Positions 16,396 through 23,897 of a stretch of 36,284 nucleotides of DNA are shown one piece after another. A model generated the notes under the pieces. That model searched no databases. It saw only the letters and a list, made by a program, of their open reading frames with translations, and was not told where the DNA came from. The stretch spans positions 3,212-39,495 of the forward strand of contig DIWQ01000001.1 in NCBI GenBank assembly GCA_002423555.1, in the 5' to 3' direction. This DNA is from Patescibacteria group bacterium UBA6102. GTDB taxonomy: Bacteria > Patescibacteriota > Minisyncoccia > Minisyncoccales > UBA5738. Each line of letters starts with the position of its first letter. The stretch's first letter is position 1. A program made the translations under genes and the position numbers.

Positions 16396-16635
16396 ACCGA
16401 ATCCATCATCAAATTTTCCCCAAATCTTAAGGGCTCTTCCACAAATAATATCCGCATCTTGCTTGCATCTTTACCCCATATTTCATTTTTCCTTGGTCGC
16501 AATATTTTCGTTGTAGCGAATGCTACACCTCAAATATTGTTCGGTCGGAAAAACGAAATCTGAGACAAATCTGACAACCAATCTGAGGACATTCTTTGTG
16601 GAAGAGCCCCAAGCGGTAACCATCCCCAAAATCCC

Positions 16636-16812
16636 TTACCCGCCTTTCCCGTTTTGCGTAACAAACAGAACACCCAACCGCTTCCCGTCTTTGATGAAAT
16701 CAGTAAATCTTTCCTTGACCTCAAACACATCCATATCCCGCGGGTTTTGAAAACCATAGTTAGCGGTAATTTTATCTCCAATTCTTATGGCTGTGGGTTG
16801 AAATACTCCCAT
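16636..16812 (-). CDS. Possible 58-aa ORF (below the track cutoff) overlapping the end of the 93-aa ORF
   Basis: It translates to MGVFQPTAIRIGDKITANYGFQNPRDMDVFEVKERFTDFIKDGKRLGVLFVTQNGKGG*. This looks more protein-like than the W/C-rich 83-aa track ORF at 16530-16781. The ending is faintly Phd/YefM-like. Confidence 0.25.
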   Translation of the reverse strand: MGVFQPTAIRIGDKITANYGFQNPRDMDVFEVKERFTDFIKDGKRLGVLFVTQNGKGG

Positions 16813-17066
16813 ATTGTTTCAATAATCATGCGGGCGGCTTCTTCGGCGGTGGTGTTTTCGGAACCGCAGGCAGTTCGCAATTTTTTGTTTTCGCGCAAAT
16901 CGCATAAATTGATAATCTCTCGCTTTAAATTTGCGTAAAGCCAATCCATCTTGTTTTTGGGCAATCCATGGATTAAATCAAATTCAAAATCCCCGGCCAA
17001 ATACAACTCCAGCGCCCCCTTGATTGTTGTCGGAAAAAGCTCTTCCTCCGCGTCTTTGTTGACCAT
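16785..17066 (-). CDS. Hypothetical protein (93 aa)
   Basis: The composition is clean and protein-like (MVNKDAEEELFPTTIKGALELYLAGDFEFDLIHGLPK...AEEAARMIIETIWEYF). I could not assign a family with confidence. Confidence 0.45.
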   Translation of the reverse strand: MVNKDAEEELFPTTIKGALELYLAGDFEFDLIHGLPKNKMDWLYANLKREIINLCDLRENKKLRTACGSENTTAEEAARMIIETIWEYFNPQP

Positions 17067-17237
17067 ATAGTTTTGCTATTTTGCAGAATTTAATTTTACT
17101 CTTCATTAATATTTTTAAACGACATAGTTTTTGGCTATCTGGGGTAATATTTTTTCCAGTCATCTTTTAAGATGTCCCGAAGCCTTTCCTCCACTATTTT
17201 TGTTGTTTCAATTTTTAATAACGTAATTTAAAAATTC

Positions 17238-18773
17238 TTAATTTTCACCCGAAATTGCTGGATGTATCTCTCTATAATCATCTGGAAAAAGTTCTTTTGC
17301 ATTATTATATTCCTCTCTAAAGTAGTTAAACATAAATGGTTGGAATGCCCACATCCTTTTTTCATCATTTGTTTTATTAGTCATAAATTTTTTTATTCCA
17401 ACCTTGTTTATGACTTGCATTGTTTTCTCAAAGTCATCGGTAGAACAAACGGAATACGGCATTGTTTTTAATAAATCTTTTTTGATGCCTATTTCGTCAA
17501 ACTTCGCGGCCACCATAGTATCTAATTCCTGGACAATAATTTTATCTCCGTAAAGATACCAATCCTCTAATGTAACTACTAATGGGAAATTTAGTTTTTT
17601 ATTGTTGGGAAAATTTAAATAGAAATTATTTAAATAATCTAATATTGATTTGTAAATTTGCACTATAAAATCAGCCATCAAATTTAAATCCTCGTTTAAA
17701 ATTTTGTTATCCTCTAATAAAATTTTAGCTTCGGCGCGAAGTTTTTTAGTTTTACACTCAATAAATAGATTGCAATCGCTATCCGTTAGTATCCAGTCGA
17801 CTGTTTGCTTCTTATTTTTACCTACAAAGTATTCGGTTTCGCATAAAATTTGATATCTGCTATCGGTAATTGATTTTACTAAAGCTTCACCTATATAATT
17901 TTGGTAGGATTTTCCAAATGGATTAGAAAATGCCGGCTCATTGCATATCTCATAGTAAATTCCATCAGTAAACCGCCTAAATAGAAAAGTTGGGATGGGG
18001 CAAACCAAGCTATCCTTTTTATTGTAATCAGTTCTGATTAGAGGGGTTGCTCTTAATTGATTAAAGGAGTAAGAAAAATCTTGATTATATAGCTGCGTTT
18101 CTTTAATTTTTTCTCTCACGGAGACCATATCAATACAAAAATGATCCAAGAATCTGTCAAATTTTAATTTATCAATTCCACCAATAAACAAGGTGGGGGG
18201 ATAATGTAAGACGAAATTATTTAAATATATACCAATAATCGCGAGCCCAAGTGTATAAAGTTCCTTTGTCGTTAGTCCGATATTTTTTTGAATAATCAGA
18301 TTTAACTCTGAATTACTAAATATTTTATAATACCGTGTGATCCAAATAAGATTCGGATTTGATTGCCACGGGAATTGCCTATGTGAAATTCGATACAATT
18401 CAAGTAAAATATTTTCCTTGAATAGATTGGCATATTTGATAGAAATAATATTTTCCAAGTCTTTAATCTCATTTACTGCCTTGGAAAAATAATGCCATTG
18501 CTTAATTGTTTTTCCCGATGACGAATTATTATAATCTGCATTTAATATTATTTCTTTAACTAAAATCTCAAGTTCCCATTCGTAAACTTTTTTATCGTAT
18601 CTAGAAACCGCCCTTAAAAAAGCTGGATCAACTTGAATGTCGTTTGGCAGTGCTTGGCCAAATTGAAGATATTGAAAATATGCGCGAGTTACAGCAAGCG
18701 AATCCATTAAAGGAAATTGTCTTAGATAATTCCTTAATGGCTTGTATGATTCATAAATAAGCGATTCCCTCAT
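17238..18773 (-). CDS. Orphan 511-aa protein with a PD-(D/E)xK nuclease-like motif; candidate stand-alone defence effector
   Basis: This is a long uninterrupted ORF in the most AT-rich stretch of the window. The motif block is GKSYQNYIGEALVKS...ETEYFVG...TVDWILTDSDCNLFIECKTKKL (E...D...E-x-K spacing). I recognised no other family signature. Confidence 0.7.
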   Translation of the reverse strand: MRESLIYESYKPLRNYLRQFPLMDSLAVTRAYFQYLQFGQALPNDIQVDPAFLRAVSRYDKKVYEWELEILVKEIILNADYNNSSSGKTIKQWHYFSKAVNEIKDLENIISIKYANLFKENILLELYRISHRQFPWQSNPNLIWITRYYKIFSNSELNLIIQKNIGLTTKELYTLGLAIIGIYLNNFVLHYPPTLFIGGIDKLKFDRFLDHFCIDMVSVREKIKETQLYNQDFSYSFNQLRATPLIRTDYNKKDSLVCPIPTFLFRRFTDGIYYEICNEPAFSNPFGKSYQNYIGEALVKSITDSRYQILCETEYFVGKNKKQTVDWILTDSDCNLFIECKTKKLRAEAKILLEDNKILNEDLNLMADFIVQIYKSILDYLNNFYLNFPNNKKLNFPLVVTLEDWYLYGDKIIVQELDTMVAAKFDEIGIKKDLLKTMPYSVCSTDDFEKTMQVINKVGIKKFMTNKTNDEKRMWAFQPFMFNYFREEYNNAKELFPDDYREIHPAISGEN

Positions 18774-18808
18774 AAATTTGTTATCGCATTTGATTTACCT
18801 GTTATCAT
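18770..18808 (-). CDS. 12-codon upstream micro-ORF translationally coupled to the 511-aa gene
   Basis: AGGAGA (18817-18822) is followed by 8 nt, then ATG ATA ACA GGT AAA TCA AAT GCG ATA ACA AAT TTA TGA. Its TGA overlaps the ATG of the 511-aa ORF (ATGA), and that ORF has no SD of its own. Confidence 0.3.
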   Translation of the reverse strand: MITGKSNAITNL

Positions 18809-18937
18809 AAAATTATTCTCCTAAAACTTCGCTTATACTAGTTGCGACTTTGAAATTTACTCCCAAGGACTTGAAATGGACATTGCCACAATCAATTTAT
18901 GGTTTTCGGTTTTGCGGCTTCCGCTGTGGTTGACGGT

Positions 18938-21772
18938 TTATGCGATGCTTAATAAGCTCGATATTGTGGAGTGGACGGTGATTTTTTCTGTGGGGATGAT
19001 TGCGTAGCGCCAGGGTTTTGTGATGCCGTATTTGCCGATGTTTTTGTTCACCGTTTCGCAGTATTTATCGGCGGTTTGTTTTTTTGCTTGCACCGATAGA
19101 TCATTAATTTCGCTCTCAGGTTTGACTTCGATCATTACGATTTCGTTTTTCAATTCGGCGACAAAATCCGGTTCATAGCGGTGGATGGAATCGCCCTGCT
19201 CGTCGCGCCAATACAAGCCGTCAAATTGGTTGGGCGCGGGCCGAAGCCAATCTTCAACCGCTTCGTCGCGATCCAGAAGATATGCCAACCTTGCTTCATC
19301 GGAAGAATCAAAACGATATTTGGAATGGCAGGCCTTGTTAAAATATCCGTAGAGCATTTTTGCCGAAAATGTATCCGCTTGCGAGTCAAGAGCAACTATT
19401 TTTTCTCCAAGTAATTCCGAAATGCCATAATCCTCCGAATATGGCTTCGATTCCCGCAGGTCCGATTCCAGATAACCTTCCGATTTCAATTCCTTATGAT
19501 CTAAAATTTGCTTGTATATGTCATCGGCGATACTTGCCGCATTGCTTTCAATAATCAAGGCCAGATTGTCTTCGTCAATTGCTTTTTTGCGGTAATGCGC
19601 CACGGTTTGTTCGGCCAATTTCAAAAGCAAAGGTTTCTGCGCCGAGTCTTCGTAATTTATGAGCGGCTCGCTCAAAAGAGCCGCAATGATGGTATTCCGC
19701 GGCGGTTGCCTGGCATAAGAGCCAAAACTGCTGATCCGCGTTATTTCGGGAATTCGCCGCCCCGGAACATCTTCGTTGAATAAGTTTTTTTCGCGGTTTG
19801 ATTGCAGCTGTTCTTCAAGAATCGCTCTTTCGTTGGTGTAGCCGCGCAAAACGCTTGTGTTCAAATCAAAATCAGCAATATGGATTTCGCCAAAATGCGG
19901 CGTCAATATCAAACGAGGAATGGGAATGTTTCTTTCTTCCAAAATTTTCGCGGATTGTTGCGAAATTTTGACAAGCTCCCCTCTCGTCGCGGCGCCAAAC
20001 AAGCCGAACAAAGTATCCGGCCCAAAACCGGTCTCAACCGGCGCGCCGCCGGTTTGCTGTTTGTGATAGCCGGAAAATGTAAGGTTTTTAATAGTTTCTT
20101 TTGCCAGATTACCAACCAGTTCCTCTTTCTTGGTTTCAACAAATTTAGCCCTTACAATTTCATCTATATTCATCATTTGCGGCGAATTGGAAACAAATTC
20201 TTCGGCTTTTTCAACGACCTCTTTCATCACAACTTCATTTTGCGTAATTTCGTTTTTTACATTATCAAGAATAACCGGCGAAACTTGCGTCAAAATTTTA
20301 ATTTCTTTGGTTTCTTTTTCGGAAATCTGTTCCACTTGGCCTTGGATAAGCGGCGAATCTTTGGCAAGCGCCACGACTTTGGCAAACTGTTCGTGAGCCA
20401 CGAGCACCAGCCGATCCACCAACGGCACCCCCGTGCGTTCCCCGTAGGGCAGGCGCAGTCCGCGGCCGATTGTCTGCTCGGTTAATATCGCGGCGGCGGC
20501 TTCGCGCAAAGGCGCGATTGTGTACACATTAGTAACATCCCACCCTTCCTTGAGCATATTCACGTGAATGACGATTTCCACCGGATTATCGGCGCGTTCA
20601 AGCGAAAGCAAAAGCTCAATGTTGTCGTCGGCCTCTTTTCCGCGCAGTTTTGTGTGTATTTCAATCACTTTGCCTTTAAATTCTCCACCACGAAAATCAT
20701 CGCTGTCAATCAATTTTCTAAGTGCTTCGGCGTGCTTTGTGTCTTTGGCCACCACAAGCAAAACCGGCTTTACGAGCGGTTTATTGTTTTCCGCGGCGTA
20801 TTCCTTCAAAGCGTTTTTTGCCCGTTCGTGAAAAAACGCCGCCAGCTGCAATTTTCGCGCATCAGTTTCGATTGAATCAGTGTCAAATTGGCCAAAATCA
20901 ACATCCGCCTCCGTTCCCACCCACGGATCTTTAACAAGCTTTCCTCGGATCGCGTCGCCAAGATTGTATGAATACAAAACATTCCGCATTTTGATCTGCC
21001 GCGCCTTTTTGCCCGTTCCCCGTGTACCAAGATATGGCGTGGCAGTCATTTCCAGACCGAACAACGGATCAAGAATATCCAACGCGCCAAGCGCCGCGTC
21101 GGCGTGGTAATGATGCGCTTCGTCAAGCATTACCACCAGATCGTCGTGCTCTTTAAGATAATCAAAATATGACTCCCCGGCGGTTTCCCACGCTTTGGTG
21201 ATACCGCGCTCGTTGTCCATATCTTTCTGGGCAAATTGCTGGATATTGAAAATGTTTATTTCAATTTGATTGCCGAACAAAGTATGACTGCGTTGATTGG
21301 CATAATTTTCAGTGGTGATAACTTTGGCAGTATTGATGCTTATCTCCTGAATGCCGCGAAAAACATATTTTGGATTACTGGCCTTGCTGAAATCGTCGTA
21401 AAGTTTGCGATAGATGGTTAAATTCGGCGCGACGATCAAAAAATGCTGGATATTGTAAACCAGATACATATAAGCGACAAAAGCGCCCATCAGCCTCGTT
21501 TTGCCCACGCCAGTCGCCAAAGCAAAGGTAAAGGCGGGAAACGCTCTTTCAAATTCTTCAAACTCGCGGGCTTCGGGCACGTCGGCAAAGTATGCCTTGC
21601 TGGTTGCCAAAATATCCGCAATATCGGCGCCAGTTTTCTTTTTCAAGCGCGTTAATAATTTTTGTCCGGCGGGCGCCTGCAAATAATCGGCAAAAAGCTG
21701 TAAACTTTTTACCTGCGGCACCCGCAAGCTCATCGCGCCGTTTATGTATTTGATCGCTTCTTCTGGTTTCAT
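18938..21772 (-). CDS. res: Type III restriction enzyme Res-like subunit (SF2 helicase plus C-terminal PD-(D/E)xK nuclease)
   Basis: The ORF has Walker A ALATGVGKTRLMG, DEAH box VVMLDEAHHY, motif III LEMTATP and motif VI EQTIGRGLRLP. The C-terminal block is YEPDFVAEL...IVMIEVKP. It lies 5 nt downstream of mod. Confidence 0.85.
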   Translation of the reverse strand: MKPEEAIKYINGAMSLRVPQVKSLQLFADYLQAPAGQKLLTRLKKKTGADIADILATSKAYFADVPEAREFEEFERAFPAFTFALATGVGKTRLMGAFVAYMYLVYNIQHFLIVAPNLTIYRKLYDDFSKASNPKYVFRGIQEISINTAKVITTENYANQRSHTLFGNQIEINIFNIQQFAQKDMDNERGITKAWETAGESYFDYLKEHDDLVVMLDEAHHYHADAALGALDILDPLFGLEMTATPYLGTRGTGKKARQIKMRNVLYSYNLGDAIRGKLVKDPWVGTEADVDFGQFDTDSIETDARKLQLAAFFHERAKNALKEYAAENNKPLVKPVLLVVAKDTKHAEALRKLIDSDDFRGGEFKGKVIEIHTKLRGKEADDNIELLLSLERADNPVEIVIHVNMLKEGWDVTNVYTIAPLREAAAAILTEQTIGRGLRLPYGERTGVPLVDRLVLVAHEQFAKVVALAKDSPLIQGQVEQISEKETKEIKILTQVSPVILDNVKNEITQNEVVMKEVVEKAEEFVSNSPQMMNIDEIVRAKFVETKKEELVGNLAKETIKNLTFSGYHKQQTGGAPVETGFGPDTLFGLFGAATRGELVKISQQSAKILEERNIPIPRLILTPHFGEIHIADFDLNTSVLRGYTNERAILEEQLQSNREKNLFNEDVPGRRIPEITRISSFGSYARQPPRNTIIAALLSEPLINYEDSAQKPLLLKLAEQTVAHYRKKAIDEDNLALIIESNAASIADDIYKQILDHKELKSEGYLESDLRESKPYSEDYGISELLGEKIVALDSQADTFSAKMLYGYFNKACHSKYRFDSSDEARLAYLLDRDEAVEDWLRPAPNQFDGLYWRDEQGDSIHRYEPDFVAELKNEIVMIEVKPESEINDLSVQAKKQTADKYCETVNKNIGKYGITKPWRYAIIPTEKITVHSTISSLLSIA

Positions 21773-21777
21773 AGTGT

Positions 21778-23397
21778 TTAGTCGTTATTCTCTTCCGCCG
21801 CTTCAATGTCAACTTCCTCCAAGGCGGTTTCTTTGATCGGTAGCAGATATTCTTTTTTGCCGAAATGACACGCCTTCAAAACCGATTGCGGGATTTTCTT
21901 GATCGTGATACGACTATCAATTTTGTCGGCTCCGGGTTCAAAATTTTTGGGACAAACGATCAGCGATTCGCCATCCAAAAGATGCGCCGCAATTTGCCGA
22001 ACCATTCCGCAAGTCAGAAGCTGGGTGGTAATGTAAAGATAATTTTTCCCCTGTCCCGCGCCGTGTTTCCAGTATTCGGTTTGGCTCGGCTGATATGTAA
22101 AATTCATAAGCTTGCACATCGCCTTTATAAGCTTGGTTTCATTATAAAAACTGTCAATCACCGGATTGCCAAACTCATCCTTTACAATAAAACTTGGTGC
22201 CAGCTCATAAAACTTATATGCCCCGCTGCCTTGCCAATTCACCGCCTTACTAATGCCTCCCTGATCGCTCCCATCAATCACCTTATCCAGCCGCACCTTG
22301 CAATGCGTATAAGCATGTTCCCCCATCTCAATCCCGATATACCTCCTCCCCATCTTATGCGCCACCGCCGCGGTAGTGCCAGAGCCAAGGAAAGAATCAA
22401 GAACAAAATCAGATTTATCTGATCCAAGTTGAATGATTCTTTGCATTAATTTTTCTGGTTTCGGAGTTCCAAAAATATCTTCTCCAAACAATACTTTAAT
22501 TTCTCTTTTCGCATCTTGATTATGCCCCACCTCTTGGTATGTCCATAGAGTCATAGCAACAATCCCATCTCTGACTTCCGATAAAAATCTTTTGATACGA
22601 GGAACTCCATCTCCATTTTGTCCAAAATAAATTCGATTATCTTTTTTGAATTCTTCAAATCTTTCCCTAGATAATCTCCACGAATAACCCGTTGGAGGAA
22701 AAACTTTTCGACCATTCGGCCCCGTTATTTCGTAAACATTTGACTCTACCGCGGGGCCTACAGAAAAATTATCTGATTGCCACAAACCACGCGGGTCATT
22801 ATCAAAATTTTGATATCTATCATTGGCTGCCTCGCTTCTTACCAATTTATTTAATGTAAAATTTAAGGTTTTGTTTTTTGCATAAACAAGGATTGCATCA
22901 TGCGACCTCGAAAGTGTTTTTTTGAGGTTTATTGGGGCATAGGATCGTTGCCAAATTACTTCATCAACAAAATTTCTTCTATCAAAAACTTCATCACATA
23001 ATACCTTTAAATAATGGCTTTCCTCCGCGTCAATTGAAATCCAAATACTGCCATTGTTTGGATCAAGAAGCATCCTTAACAATTCTAATCTTGGTTTCAT
23101 TAGTGAAAGCCAAGTGCTATGTTCCACACAATCGTCGTAATGATCAAAAGCACCACCTGTATTATAAGGAGGGTCAATGTAAATGCATTTTATCCTGCCT
23201 TCGTATTCGGGCAAAAGCGCTTTGAGTGCCAAAAGATTGTCGCCGTGGATGATCATATTTTCGGTGTTCGGATCGTTGGCGCAATTTGAAAGCTCCGGGT
23301 TTTCTTCCAAAATCCGCGGCTCAATATTGGCAATATCATATTCGGGATTATTCTTCCCGATCCAAGTAAGTTCTAATTTTTGTTTGTTATTATTCAT
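21778..23397 (-). CDS. mod: Beta-class N6-adenine/N4-cytosine DNA methyltransferase (Type III Mod-like)
   Basis: Motif IV (IYIDPPYNTG) precedes motif I (DSFLGSGTTAAVAHKMGRRYIGIE), which is the beta-class order. I place the start at the ATG at 23397 (MNNNKQKLELTWIGK), because the track start at 23412 is a TTG. Confidence 0.85.
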   Translation of the reverse strand: MNNNKQKLELTWIGKNNPEYDIANIEPRILEENPELSNCANDPNTENMIIHGDNLLALKALLPEYEGRIKCIYIDPPYNTGGAFDHYDDCVEHSTWLSLMKPRLELLRMLLDPNNGSIWISIDAEESHYLKVLCDEVFDRRNFVDEVIWQRSYAPINLKKTLSRSHDAILVYAKNKTLNFTLNKLVRSEAANDRYQNFDNDPRGLWQSDNFSVGPAVESNVYEITGPNGRKVFPPTGYSWRLSRERFEEFKKDNRIYFGQNGDGVPRIKRFLSEVRDGIVAMTLWTYQEVGHNQDAKREIKVLFGEDIFGTPKPEKLMQRIIQLGSDKSDFVLDSFLGSGTTAAVAHKMGRRYIGIEMGEHAYTHCKVRLDKVIDGSDQGGISKAVNWQGSGAYKFYELAPSFIVKDEFGNPVIDSFYNETKLIKAMCKLMNFTYQPSQTEYWKHGAGQGKNYLYITTQLLTCGMVRQIAAHLLDGESLIVCPKNFEPGADKIDSRITIKKIPQSVLKACHFGKKEYLLPIKETALEEVDIEAAEENND

Positions 23398-23402
23398 AAT
23401 AA

Positions 23403-23897
23403 TTAAGACCAATTGAAAGTTTTTAGCCTATTCCTTGGTATCGTTCTGGATAATTCTGATCCTCTACACTTAATGTGCAAGCTGGTACTTGGCTCCCAAG
23501 ACACGGAAATATTCGCAGGTGTTCTTTCTAGGGTTAGCCTCAAATCATCTATATCTTCCCATTCTAAAGTGCAAATCTCTTTATCGGAACATACGAGGCA
23601 AATTAATAAATTCCGGCTAATATCTATAGATCTTAGTTTATCAATGTCCATTTCGTTAAAAGTAAAATTGCACACACTTTCCCCTTTCCTACGATTTGTT
23701 ATTTGCGAAGTCCATTTTATATAAATCCTATGTGTTGTAGCATTGTCCGTTACCTCATAAGCACCCCAACCATAAGAATCGTTTCTTTCTATTAGTTTCA
23801 AATTTATCAAGGGATTTCTAATAATTTGAGAAAGTACGGCCCCATGATAAAGCTCAAATTGTGCTGTAGTTGGCATATATTCTATATTACTTTCCAC
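23403..23897 (-). CDS. Orphan protein (157-164 aa) wedged between the SNF2 helicase and the methyltransferase
   Basis: The ORF fills the whole gap between the two genes. Its start is either the GTG at 23897, which overlaps SNF2 by 16 nt, or the ATG at 23876, which lies 5 nt after the SNF2 stop. I recognised no motif. It is AT-rich. Confidence 0.6.
   Translation of the reverse strand: MESNIEYMPTTAQFELYHGAVLSQIIRNPLINLKLIERNDSYGWGAYEVTDNATTHRIYIKWTSQITNRRKGESVCNFTFNEMDIDKLRSIDISRNLLICLVCSDKEICTLEWEDIDDLRLTLERTPANISVSWEPSTSLHIKCRGSELSRTIPRNRLKTFNWS

Noticed and set aside
16530-16781. This is the 83-aa track ORF (MEIKLPLTMVFKTRGIWMCLRSRK...).
   Set aside because: It has a TTG start and a Trp/Cys/Arg-rich composition. 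An alternative frame over the same DNA gives a more protein-like 58-aa product, which I list at low confidence instead.
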